A DNA stretch of 60,000 nucleotides from Botryllus schlosseri (lineage: Eukaryota). Both the position numbers and the translations under genes were made by a program. Positions 1 to 12,737 of the stretch are shown here, piece after piece. Position 1 is the stretch's first letter. Each line of letters starts with the position of its first letter. The stretch covers positions 2,110,001-2,170,000 of the forward strand of contig CM119373.1 of the NCBI GenBank assembly GCA_051294905.1, given 5' to 3'. Under the pieces are notes generated by a model, which saw only the letters and a program-made list of their open reading frames with translations, was not told where the DNA came from and ran no database searches.

Positions 1-914
1 ACATCTCGAATTCTCCTCTACGATTGCCAATACGGTGAATAAAGTTGTATTCGTTTCGTTTTATTGCTTTGTGTGACCACTTAATCAACTGAGAATGTTG
101 TAGAGACTTGCTCACGTTACATTTAGCGCTGCTATTAAGTTCAACATGAATGCGGGAAACAACACTCAGCAGTATCATCCTTTATGATACGATTACGAAA
201 TATTCTGACGACATAATTTTGTAGCTCTCAAATACAAGTATATTTAGTTACTCGTTTTTGCCAGAAAGCTGCAAAACACCTTTAATGTACAAATGACATC
301 ACTCTCGAAAATTGATCAGTAGCCTTTAGCGCCTTTGCGATTTAGGCATGCAGTGCGCATCAGGATAAAATACCTAGTCAAAAATATTTTATGTAAAACA
401 ACCCGAGCTATCAGTATAAGTATCAATTTATTAATATTTTCATCATTTCAAAACACCACAAAACTTCGATACCATGAAAGGATAGGAAGATGTCAAAACT
501 ACTTGGAGTATAGCTAGCGTGACGGGGTTGTTATGAAGGGGAATAAGCAATCCAAAAGTACCCCAAATTCATTTTACATGATTTAAAATAAACCACTGCA
601 TTCATGGAATCATGAGTCGGTGGATATTTCGCGATGAGCGCGACTAAAAACGTTGTGATTTAACAGATTTTGTCGAATGTTAGTTTGCAATGAGAAACCA
701 GGAATAATCATATGTCCTTACTACACCATCTGCTGCGAGACCATTTTCTTCAGCGCCTCAACCGCGTCCAGAGCCAAGTGCCCTCTATTTCGCCCCCTGA
801 GCGTTTCCGCCCCTTCAAAATCCAAGTAGCTCCCTGGGAGGCGCTGGAGACAAGGTTAAGAACCACTGATCTAAATCATCACGAACTATATTGGTAAAAT
901 TACGTCTCCTCCAG

Positions 915-962
915 CTTCATAAACTGCTCATCTTCGACAGTACAATGCTCCCGGACGCATAG
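915..962 (+). pseudogene. Truncated pseudo-exon of LRR type A
   Basis: ctccag|LHKLLIFDSTMLPDA then TAG; similarity to 8076 ends there. Confidence 0.65.
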
Positions 963-2516
963 AAGAGTAGCGTACGACCAGTGTTGCTGATTATAAATTC
1001 TGTAGACGGAATTGGGCTCTGAGCTGTCGTAAGAAGTCGTCAGAAACAACATATACAAATGCGCGTGGACGTGTTCGTGTGGTTTTTGCGCTATCACGAA
1101 GCAACTAACGATCCAGATTAAACGTTTAAATTCTAATCTTTTCCAAGTCTATACCATGGTATCATGCTCAATCTTCTAGAATGATAGATACTTTTGTACT
1201 CAGCGCTTCTTTGGAAATTGTGTCAATCATCACACCCATCTCTGATCTGAACATATAAAGTGTCATCACCATGTTTGCATCTGCTTTAACAATAATCGAA
1301 TTTTTGAATTGTTCTTATGCTCTAATTTTAATTCCAATCTAATTCATGAATTGTTCTTATGCTCTAATTCTAATCTAATTTATTGTTTTCCTGAAAATGC
1401 CTATTTGACCGCGGCATGTTGAAGCGAGTCCATCTCGCAAAGGGATATCCTGAGCCAAGCCGCAATTGCATTACTTACACCGTACAGAAATAGTAGTTGT
1501 TGTGCGACGAATAATAGCCATACTGGAACAATTGTGACGCTTATCGCCGAATCATGTTATTTGTGCCATGAAAATGAATGTTGCAATGTTCATTGATCTT
1601 TGCCTTTGGAACTCTTTTTGGACTACTTCCAGTCACGTATATATTCATCATATATCTATCTCGTTTGCATACGACCTCTTCAGTGTCTTTTGCTGACGAT
1701 TTTCGAAGCTCGAGTTCAATTATTTAAACTGGGCTTTTCGTACGGCACTGCATACGCAGTGAGTTCAGCTACTAACGATTCGATATTAGGGCTATCCAGA
1801 CATGTTGCTAGGTGAAAGACTATCTCATCCTAAAGATTGGCTTTGGGGACGCCCTATAGCCCTAGTTTTCCAAGCGCCTCGGTGTCGAGTGCATTGTACG
1901 TCATGGCAATATCCCTATTCATGCCAGCTGACTCATCATCGATGGAATGCTGTTGCCTTCGTTGAAGCTATTTCCGCTATAGCGAGGAATAGTGTTGTTG
2001 AGGACAGACGAATAGGTTTATTTAATACAACAACAATAATTATTTGAAACTGAAATCAATTTTCGCATTTCAAAATGCTTTATTCGCGTTCTTCCAAATT
2101 CATAGATCAGATCGCCAGCCGCAAAATACGACTTCGCGGGCCGCCTATTGATGACCCGGGTATAGTGCAAAACGAGCGAAGCTTGATATACAGACGTTAA
2201 CCAATCTCTTTGTTATGAGACTCCACTGTGGTTTGATATGAACTGAACTTTTTGCTGTATTTATTTCTCATTCAGAATTTCATTCGATTTCCAAGTAGTT
2301 TTTCCGAATTCAGTAGCCAAATTCTAATTGTAAGTATAATCTAATTTGAAAATAACTGTGTTAATCTAATTCTAATTGTGATCTAATTTGAAAAAAATTG
2401 TATAGCTCTAATTATAATTCTAATCTAATTCGGAAATGCTAAAAATTTTCTAGTTGTCCTAGTCTGCCGCGTAAGTGGCGTCTTATAAAAGCTTATGAGT
2501 GGGCCGTGCTGCAGGT

Positions 2517-2714
2517 ATTGTTTGTTTGTTTTGGGGTATTCATGGTGTTTGTCGACTACGATGGTCATTTACACCAGGCCGACATTCTTTTTATTTTCCG
2601 TAACTGCCGACTTATAGCACGGCTCACCTCTAGGCTTTTGTAAGACACCGCTGACGCGGATGAGGTGGCGAGGAGGAGCCTAGGTAAACCTCCAACACTT
2701 GGGTATCGAGATTC
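2517..2714 (-). mobile_element. 5'-truncated SINE inserted antisense into another SINE copy
   Basis: (GTTT)n tail at the left; 13-bp TSD CCGTGCTGCAGGT (2504-2516, 2715-2727). Absent from paralogs at ~40900 and ~50780. Confidence 0.82.
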
Positions 2715-3165
2715 CCGTGCTGCAGGTCAGCAGCTACGAAATTTAAATGAAGCACATTGGCCTGGTGTAAATGACCATAGTAGTCGACAAACCCCATGAA
2801 TACCTCAAATCAAACAAACAGGCGACTAGAAAGGGAGCATAGAAATACGTCAACTGATATCGTCGTTAGTGCCACTGATTTAGCGCTCCATAACTGTACT
2901 CAACAGGCAAATCATCACAATTTTGCCAATTCCATTGTTCGCGAATAAATTCGTTGCTAGAATATAAACCCTATGATCCGTGATATGATTTAATGTACTA
3001 TTATGTATATATGATTGATAATAAAGTATTCAAGTGAAAATACGGACATGTGGCAAAACTTTGAAACGAGTTGACAGATGGTCGGGCCCGTGAGAAATTT
3101 GAAGATGTTAATCCTACCCGAGTAGCCATTTGAGTTTGACAACCGTTCTCTAAGCTTAATTGCGA

Positions 3166-3360
3166 TGACGAGATAGCATAATGGTATGATCCACGGCTGC
3201 AACACCAATTGGTTGCGGGTTCGAGTCTGACCGAGGTCGCCTCCAGAATTCCCAGCCAAGTGTTAGAGGTTTATATAGGGCTAGGCTCCTCTTCATTCAC
3301 CAGATCGGCGCTAGCGATTTCTTAAAAAAGGCTAGAAGTGGATTTTGCTATGAGTGCTCT
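3166..3360 (+). mobile_element. tRNA-derived SINE (head portion)
   Basis: A box TAGCATAATGG and B box GGTTCGAGTC. Related heads at ~12597, ~15130, ~39477 and ~41347; other copies end in (AAAC)n tails. Confidence 0.7.
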
Positions 3361-3654
3361 CAATATTGCAGGCCCTGAGTATTTTTCTGCACAGCGATCA
3401 ATGTATATTTTTAAAGTTAGATGCCTCTTGGCTCTGCATTCAGAACAAGTCGTTTTACATGCAATCTAAATTCAAATCATTGGTAAAACGGAGTATATAT
3501 CGCACGACATTAAAAGCTGGCGATTTCGTCTATTATAACATTTGAGATCGACCGAGACCGAGTGTCTCATTTCGATTTCCCAGAAGTGTTTATGAATACG
3601 GGCTGGGCACCGTTTAAACCCTAATATTGTCGTTATCGAGTGATCACATATTAA

Positions 3655-3972
3655 AATGGCTATCTGGACCACATATTGAAAAGCTCCATCTCTAGGGTAT
3701 TGAAAAAATCGGATACAGGTCCAAAATATGGCCCAGAAAAATGCCCGCCATTTTTGCCCCTACCTTGGCTAGGTAACGTGTCTAGCCGTTTTGAAAAGCT
3801 TATTAAATCGGCTGTTCACCGTTGCTATTACAGCGTTAACACGCATGTAGTGTACACGACGAAACCCTTGTTACCCAACTCTCGAAAAGATGTGCTTCCT
3901 GCCTTTGATGCAAGTAATGTTGTTTACCAATACAAGTACCACTGTGATAGTAGGTATGTAGGATGTACGACC
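3655..3972 (+). mobile_element. Penelope-like retroelement fragment (RT-linker and start of GIY-YIG endonuclease)
   Basis: Translation NGYLDHILKSSI...LPWLGNVSSRFEK...KDVLP...SNVVYQYKYHCDSRYVGCTT matches the PLE linker plus the VVY..YVGxT motif. Confidence 0.8.
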
Positions 3973-5168
3973 ACTCGCAATTTGGGTGCGTGTAGTAAGC
4001 GGATATGAAATAATATAGATAAGTCCGGAGCTCATCGGAAATGGACATGGATCTCTCAATATTGGTAGTTGGCGTCCAGCTAGTTCATCGCGACTAAGCT
4101 CTGGAATGCTGCCGTAGGCTACATGATTAATCGATATGCAGCCGTGAATAGTAAAAAGGTTGGCGACCCCTTGGAAATGAATTCCAGCTAAGCTTTTCAT
4201 TTAAGAGAGCTCGTTTCTCATGCACTTGAAATTCAAATCATTCAAACTTTTTTTTATAATGGTGTCGAAGCATATACACTTATACAATCTTCCAGCGATT
4301 TCAATACCAATTGACAATATATACCAGTATTTTAATAATCTGTAATATGTATTGTGCTGCATCCGGAATATTTCGCGATCGGTATTTTTCGTTACATGTC
4401 GCTACATCTCTAATCGCAAAACCATGTATTCCAAGGCGCCCATTGTAAAATGCCAACATGTAACAAGGTTTTTGTTATCGCTGGTAACGAAACGACCGGC
4501 GAACGGTCATATTATCAATATCTATTATAGGATAATAACTCATGGTATAAATCTAGCCGACTGAGTGAAGAAAATCGATTTAGTGTTTGATGCTTGACTC
4601 ATATGTACTCGGGATCCAATTTCCTAGTTTTTGATTACCCCGCTGGCCACAGCGTCAATATGGGTATGCAATGTATTTTTAAGTATGTCGTATTTGACGA
4701 GGTGAAATTGTTCGATTGAAGGTTAACCGAAATAGCAGACTGAGATTCCACAAATATCGTGACATTGTGATTTACTATTTTTTAGCAATTTATGCGTTGC
4801 ACGAATAAAAACCACATTCATAAATATTTGACTAGAACTGTCATTGTACTTGACAGGGAGTACGCATCATTTGTCAAAATTATGAGAAATAGGCAACATA
4901 GCCGAATCTAGTTTTAAGATATCATATTGATAAGTATAGGCTATTGATTATGTCATTGCCCAAGTCAAAATAAAACAGCGTTGGATTTAACTTCACTGGT
5001 GTTACAGCGGTGGAGCGTAGCACTACGGTATTCACCCTCTTAAATCGGCGATAAAGATATGGATAAAGGGGTCAAAGATGAAACTGACTACACATTCAGG
5101 GTGCAATAGAATGCTCACTGTTGTTATAACAACTTGCGTCGATAGCGAAATACCGTGTCACGAGCTTA
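3969..5168 (+). repeat. Recent near-identical duplication, paralog at ~20162-21361 (older copies near 17090, 36620, 43335)
   Basis: Nearly base-for-base match over about 1 kb. Confidence 0.92.
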
Positions 5169-5230
5169 ATTCCAATCAGTCGAAGCGGAGTTATTGCCGT
5201 CGCAAAATTTTGGATTTGAATAAAATTTAC

Positions 5231-6551
5231 GATTACCAGAGAACCCGTCCCTTGGGGAACCCGTCCCTACCAACTCGGCCCTCGGAGAACCCGGCCCTTG
5301 GAGAACCCGGCCCTCGGGAAATTTTGCATATCAAGCACGCGTGGTCTACTTGTTGTCGTATTTACGGTGTTTTTCGACTACTCTGGACCTCGGAGAATGC
5401 GGCCCGCGAATAATTTTGTATTAAAAATGCATTAAATGTGAAGCCGGCCCTCGGGAAATATTGTATTCACCGGCAACCCTAATATCCCACCTCCGGCAAC
5501 CCTAATATCCCACCTCCACCAACCCTAATATCCCACCCCCGGCAACCCTAATATCCTAACCCTAACCCTAATATCCTCCCCCTACCCTAATATCCCCCTC
5601 CCCCAACCCTAATATCCCACCTCCGGCAACCCTAATATCCCACCCCCGGCAACCCTAATATCCCACCCCCGGCAACCCTAATATCCCCCTCCCCCAACCT
5701 TAATATCCCACCTCCGGCAACCCTAATATCCCACCCCCGGCAACCCTAATATCCTAACCCTAACCCTAATATCCTCCCCCAACCCTAATATCCCCCTCCC
5801 CCAACCCTAATATCCCCCTCCCCCAACCCTAATATCCCACCTCCGGCAACCCTAATAACCCACCTCCACCAACCCTAATATCCCACCCCCGGCAACCCTA
5901 ATATCCCACCCCCGGCAACCCTAATATCCCACCCCCGGCAACCCTAATATCCCACCCCCGGCAACCCTAATATCCTAACCCTAACCCCAATATCCTCCCC
6001 CAACCCTAATATCCCCCTCCCCCAACCCTAATATCCCACCTCCACCAACCCTAATATCCCACCCCCGGCAACCCTAATATCCCACCCCCGGCAACCCTAA
6101 TATCCCACCCCGGCAACCCTAATATCCCATCCCCGGCAACCCTAATATCCCACCCCCGGCAACCCTAATATCCCACGCATGCCCTGACCTCCTTACAAGA
6201 CCGACAAATCAGTTGATAATAACATTATTACTTTATTAATTCATATTAATACTTGTGAATACACTTAATTTCTAAATTTCCCGAGGAATATTACTTTTCA
6301 TTCAGTGTGCATGCCTCTTATTTACTTCACCTAGGCTAAGGTGGGTGTCTGATCTTAATGGCTACTCCAAGTTGTTTCGACACCCTCCTATCTTTTCATT
6401 GTATCGCAGTCTTGTGATGTTTTGAAACGATGAAAATATTAATAAACCTGACTGACTGACTTCACCGAGGGCCGGGTTCTCCAAGGGCCGGGTTCTCCGA
6501 GGGCCGAGTTGGTAGGGACGGGTTCTCCAAGGGACGGGTTCTCCGGCAACC
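5231..6551. mobile_element. Foldback-like element with ~90-bp modular TIRs enclosing a satellite
   Basis: 5231-5320 (GGAGAACCCGGCCCT modules) is the reverse complement of 6461-6551. No clear TSD. Confidence 0.7.
5470..6177. repeat. ~21-23-bp C-rich minisatellite (GGCAACCCTAATATCCCACCCCC)
   Basis: About 30 imperfect tandem units, each containing AACCCTAA. Confidence 0.95.
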
Positions 6552-8075
6552 TTATTTACGGTGACCGATTCTTTAATCATTTATTACAATTGTGCCCACC
6601 GTAAATACTATTTTATGCAAATCCAAATTTGTCGACATCAATCACTACGCTACGGCTGGTTTGAATGGAGCCAAATTTGGTGGACATCGTTTCTATCGAC
6701 AACCTTACAATTTCATGGGTGAACAGAAAATTTTGAATTTTTTTTTATTAATTCTTATATAATAAATAAAAAAACTTTCTTCTCCTGCAGCAATGCGGCT
6801 ACTGGTTGGAATTGAACCAAATTTGGTGTGTAGGCTTCAATTCGGTAATCTAACAATTTTATCAAGTAGCCAGTAGAATTTGAAAGAAAAAGTCATTTTT
6901 GAACACCCCTACTGTACAGTGTACAGACATTTGCTATTCCCATGCGCATAAGATGAACTATGATTTGATATAACGGTGAGTATACACCATGGCACAAGAG
7001 ACCTGAACGTACCTCATACTTATACCGCGGTATAAATTGAGTGCAATATTTTAATCCAAATTTTGCATGCACGTAGGATATATGACCTCGATCTCATTAT
7101 GACTCAGGTTTTGTTTTCATGTACCACTCTTTTCGGCCCCTTAGGTGCAAATACACACTATTTTCGCTAAAAGTGCACTCGAATAAAATATGCATGTTAC
7201 GCATAAAACGCGTAGTATATTATGCCCATTAGAAATCGGTGTCTACTCTACCAGTTGTAAACCCAAATGTACGAACGGTCAGTGCATTCATCGATTCGAT
7301 ATCTCTAAAATTCCATTGTGAGTCAACAAACCTGACTAAAATACGAGGTCACTGCAAATTGGTCGATTGTCGCTTCATTGCGAAACATTCCTTATTTTCA
7401 ATGAAACATTCTTTCTTTGACGATATAATCAGTGTTTTTCCAAATCGTAACGACCGTAAAAGCATTTTAGCACTATTACACGCGGCATTTTTCATTTCAT
7501 CGCCGATATCCACTAATTGCATATTAATATGAAATTCGCTAAAATATTCATTTATGCGAATGAGAATCTAGAGTTAGTGATCATTATGCAAAGGTGAATT
7601 GCAAAATATGGTCGGAAGTTTCATCGCCCTTATTCTTGAATAGGCAACACAACTGTGAGAAGTCCATCCGTCTGAAGTATAATTATGCGATCGTTTTCAC
7701 AATAAAATATTTTAAATTGATAATAATACAAACATCAAGTCAAGTGTTTAGATGTGCAAATCTGAATTTATTAGCTATGAAAATTCTGTAACCGAAAATA
7801 TATAAAAAGGAACGATATTTATCATGTTCCCAGCTATATTCGGATGAACTCTCGCAACTTTCGTATCTGATATCTTAAATTGGCTCATTAAACAAACGCT
7901 CTGTACGAATTCACATTCATATGACGATAATCAACATATGCGACTCGTCAGTGCCTCCTGAAAGGATAGCAAAACGTCAAAACAGTAATACACCGTGTCG
8001 TGCGATACTGATATCTAATATAATGAAAATGTAAATCACTGTGAAATATTATTGTAGAAATTGTATCTCTTCCAG

Positions 8076-8243
8076 CTTCAGAAACTGGCCATCCTTGATA
8101 GTACGATGCCTGCGGACGCTTATCATGACGTGGCAGCCGTTGTCAAAGCCACCAAATGTACATGGGTGCATTTCGAACGATGCGATCTGTCAAAGGAGAA
8201 ATTGGAATGCTTGGGGATGGGCTGCAAAGAAAGCCAGGTCTTG
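8076..8243 (+). CDS. LRR exon type A (56 aa) of an NLR/RI-like LRR gene
   Basis: tcttccag|CTT...TTG|gtaagt, 168 nt, phase 0. Encodes LQKLAILDSTMPADAYHDVAAVVKATKCTWVHFERCDLSKEKLECLGMGCKESQVL, two ~28-aa LRR-like units. Confidence 0.75.
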
Positions 8244-11200
8244 GTAAGTTCGTACGATTTTTACGTCATCTATACTTCAATGAGGGGAAATCTAATTCGA
8301 AAACGAACATCTTTCGAAATCGAAAACAAAAAACGATTCACACAACGAGAGATAAATCCCATCAATATGAATGCATATGTTTGGCTGGCATTTTGATTTG
8401 ATCGATATGTGTTTAAAGCCACGGAATAGTGTGTTCTGTTCAACATTGGGTGGAATGGTATTGACGTCACGGCAAATATCAGACTCCTATTTACGCTATC
8501 AAACATATGACTGCAATTTCGTAAATACATGGTGTTTGTTGATATTTTTGTTTATTGAAAGAGGAATTTGGCGCTTATCACTTGGTCTTTTGCACCACGA
8601 TCAATAATGACGCAAGAAATGAAAAGCAGTCAATGATGGCCTACGTAATGGATAGGAGACATAATATTGAAAATAGCATTTCAGCAAGAAGTAAAAATGT
8701 CATAGCCAGAAAAAGGAAATTTCGGTGCGATGGGATAATAAAACAGTATTTCGCAAATGACGGTTGCAGAATCTGAATCTGGAGGGAAGCGGGCGCAAGA
8801 TGGTGCAATTCGAAATACAAACAGAAAGATAGAATATAAAACAGTCCAACAGAGCTTTCACTTCATCCAATTAGTCAAACGAATGCAGATTATATAAAAA
8901 CTACCATAAAATGATATGCAATTAATATCTCAGCCATGATGTTGTTTGTATTCCTCACGGATCACATACATTAAGGATAAGTTATCAATTATTATTTGTT
9001 TTCCTCCTAATTGTCAAAGTCGTGGATAAAATTTGGTTTTGTTTCTTCCGACACTTAAAAGACAATGCACATTTGAGTCGGTGAAAAACTACCTCTTGCA
9101 AGATTTATGAAGCCGCTTAAATTAAACTTCAGGACTCAGACCGTTTACAACAGCATCAAGAATAGATTCCGCATTCAGGAAAGACTTGCTATATTCGGTA
9201 ATTTTATTGTGGGATTCTGAGAAATAATTTGCCTCCATTACCTTCTTCTGTAAAGGGGAATTGACTTTTTGGTACAAGTCCTTTACTATTGCCTAAAGCA
9301 TTTGTTTCAATTTTGTTCTGTGTAGCAGCTACTAGATTTATAAATTCAACCTGTCATTGGTAGGTTTGTTTTCCAAGCGATGTGTCATATTGCATTCATT
9401 TAATGTATAACCATGCATATTGTATTATCTGCGACCCACGATCAGAATTATTTTTCTGCCCAATACTTATTGATTTTAAAACCTCAATCCTCATGATTCA
9501 GCTGGTTGAATTGATATCTCATAAGAGCGTACAGTTAAACCAATGAAACATGTCGTGAACAAATTTGCCCAGCACTGAAGTATTGATATGGTGTGATACG
9601 ATAAAATTATTCGTAATTCGAACTGCAGTAGTATGGAATTACAACACATCCCACCGCACAAGTAAATCATCGTAAGTCAGCTTTCCGCTGATGGGATCAA
9701 ACTACGAATGAATATTTTTGATCCCTTGTACCATTTTTTTTTGCAATAACACCACCAAGATATCGAAATAGGATTATAATATTCACCTGTATGCAGTGGC
9801 CCAGCCAAGGGCAAAAGAACTCGCGTCTCCTTCAGATTGTTTACTTGTTTCCGGTGACGCCATTTGTTCACACTGTCATAATATATATTCGTAAGGTCAC
9901 ATCGCTATTTAGTTTCTTTCAGAATGAAAATGAAAATTTTCATCTTGACTTCTCCTATGAATTGATGGTATTCAGAAAATATCATAAATCTCGTCAAAAA
10001 ATTATGCAGATTGTACATTTTAAGATATATATGCTACATCGTCATTTTAGGACCGAAGCGCTGGGGTAAATCTTGACTAGTTTGTAAAATTTTATGCCGC
10101 GGCTACGATTTATTAAAACAGGTAAATCAAATATATAAAATTTCCTTTATTGTTTTGACAATTGATATGGGTACACCTACGTCCATCGCGATAATAGAAC
10201 ATGGTACAGAAGTCATGGTCAAGTTTCAAAACAAATATAGCCTTTAGCGGGGCTATATCGTTACACCTATGTTATATATATGTTTATATATATGTGTGCG
10301 TAAAGTTTTGGATGTATCCTTCCAATTCATATTCCATAATACACGCAATCAAACTTTAACTATCATTTAGGCCTACACCTTATTTCAGGGGCGGGCAACA
10401 TACGGCCCGCGAAGGGATTTTGTCCGGCCCGCCGAGAGTTTTTATTCTGAAAGTGAAATTTTATTGTGAATGTATTGACAACTTTTCTGCGTCACAGAAT
10501 GAATCGGAGTTTGCGAACCTGAAAAAGATGGACATTAAACTATACTTGCTCGGTTCGGGTCTACTTACATCTTCTACCATCGAACCAGTGTTGGGATGAC
10601 TCGAGTCACCTTTTTCGTATGACTTGACTTGACTCGAGTCACCTTGGAAAATGACTTGACTTGACTTGACGCTTCAGAAATGTAGATTGATTCATGACTC
10701 GAAGCAAAATTTACGAGTCAAGTTAGAGTCATCAAGTAATTTTATGTTGACTAAGTCTCTGTAACTTGTACAAGTTCGCCAAACCATCATTGTTATATCA
10801 CAAATATATTGATTGCAAACGCAGTGATCGGAGCTTATACAACAGCTTACATTGTCGTAAACTTGCTTACCTCAACCAGCCCTCTTGTATATAATTTAAA
10901 TCAAACGAATATCGTTCATACGTTTATAATTGTATATCGTTGATAAGTAGGTGGGTAGGGTATTGAACTATATCAATTTTAAACATTCTGAGGTTTCGTA
11001 TGTTGTCCTCTATTTTGGCTGATATTTAAAGACTGGCTACATCGCCATACTTGCGTAGTTGAGCAGTTCTGCGTATGCGTGAGCGATACAGCGCCTCTTC
11101 ATTCCATTACTCCTCGCCACTTAATCCGCGTAAGCCGTGACTTGCGCAAAGTCTAGAAGTGGGCCGTGCTATAAGTCGGCAGTTGACGAATAAATATGAA

Positions 11201-11416
11201 TAATATTGGCCTGGTGTGAATGGCCGTAGTAGTTGACAAACACCATGAATATCTCAAAACAAACAAACAAACTATTTATTCGTTCGTCGATTCCGAATAA
11301 ATGGGTACTTCGTCTGTATTTAAAACAGTTACCAAAATGTAATGACTTTGAATCATGTCCAGTACGTTGAAATTCCAACTTGACTTGACTAGTGACTTGA
11401 CTCGTGACTTGAGTCG

Positions 11417-11670
11417 TGACTTGACTTGACTTGACTTGACTTGACTTGACTTGACTTGACTTGACTTGACTTGACTTGACTTGACTTGACTTGACTTGAC
11501 TTGACTTGACTTGACTTGACTTGACTTGACTTGACTTGACTTGACTTGACTTGACTTGACTTGACTTGTCTTGACTTGACTTGACCTGACCTGACCTGAC
11601 CTGACCTGACCTGACCTGACCTGACTTGACTTGACTTGACTTGACTTGACTTGACTTGACTTGACTTGAC
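11417..11670. repeat. (TTGAC)n/(CTGAC)n pentanucleotide microsatellite
   Basis: Directly visible. It lies in a GACTCGAGTC-family element whose left end CAGTGTTGGGATGACTCGAGTC is at ~10587. Confidence 0.97.
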
Positions 11671-12402
11671 CCGAGTCACCTTTGAAAATCAAGTGACTTG
11701 ACTTGACTCGAGTCAAAATGAATTGGCAACAAAACGTTTCCATGAATCTCGACGAAGTCACAAAATCAATGTAAATACAGGCCAATGGCACACAAAGGCA
11801 GACAAACGTTTACAGGGGATCCAAATATAAATAAGCAGTGGGACAGTATTGAATGCTTACACATCGGAATTGTATACTATATTGTTCCACATAATTCCAT
11901 CGTTAATAATACAACGGTATGAAGTGTATGCTCGAGCAGTATAGCTAACCCGTCGCTTCCACAATTGCATGTCTTAAATTGATATTTATCCAAACTTCAA
12001 GTCAAAAATATGGATGTGCGAACCTGAATCTAGTAGCTATGAAATTCTAAATCCGATATTGATCGAATGAACCCTGCAAGATGGATATCTGAAATCGGTT
12101 CATCAAACAAACGGTATGTGCGAATTCACAATCGTAATATCGAGAATCAACATATGTGACTTTTCAGTGTCTTCTGATGGGAGTGCAATTCTTCAAAAAA
12201 TATCACAAACCATAACGTATTCTTTATTGCAGTCTTACCATAGCGGTACCCTATATAAAAAGATTGATGTGGCAATTATACAATTCATTTTTTATGTCGA
12301 AACAATAATACACCGTGTCGACCGGCACTGATATCTTAATGTCTAATATAATGAAAATCGAAACCACTAAGAATAATATTGGTAAAATTTCGTCTCCACC
12401 AG

Positions 12403-12492
12403 CTTCAGAAACTGCCCATCTTCGACAGTACACTACTCCCGGGTTCTTATTATGACGTGGCGGAAATTGCAAAAGCCACCAAATGCGCCGAA
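12403..12492 (+). pseudogene. Half-length copy of LRR exon A
   Basis: ccag|LQKLPIFDSTLLPGSYYDVAEIAKATKCAE, then unrelated sequence. A gtgtgt follows, so a 90-nt exon is not excluded. Confidence 0.6.
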
Positions 12493-12737
12493 GTGTGTGT
12501 ACTTAACCCAATTCCAACGTCCACGTTTACGGTTTAATCTCTTGTATTCTTACCAACGCACACTCGGGGTCAACATCCAGTTACGACTAAAAAGAGTGGT
12601 GGGATAGCGTAGTGGTGTAATCCACTGCTGCAACACCTATGGGTTACTGGTGCGAGTGCGACCAATTTCGACTCTAGAATTCCTAATTAAGTGTTGGAGG
12701 TTTAGCTAGGCTCCTCCTCGCCATCTCATACGCGTAA

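Larger units (their letters stand above)
1..3103 (+). repeat. Segmental duplication, paralog at ~48162-51178
   Basis: Collinear similarity from ACATCTCGAATTCTCCTCT onward. Confidence 0.9.

Noticed and set aside
3166..3245. tRNA gene
   Set aside because: A/B boxes are present but I see no convincing cloverleaf. Multiple diverged copies continue into a shared SINE body.
5470..6177. Telomere or CRISPR-like array
   Set aside because: Degenerate minisatellite inside a TIR element; no unique spacers and no pure TTAGGG tract.
11276..11791. ORFs with QVKSS repeats
   Set aside because: Translation of the (TTGAC)n microsatellite, not a gene.
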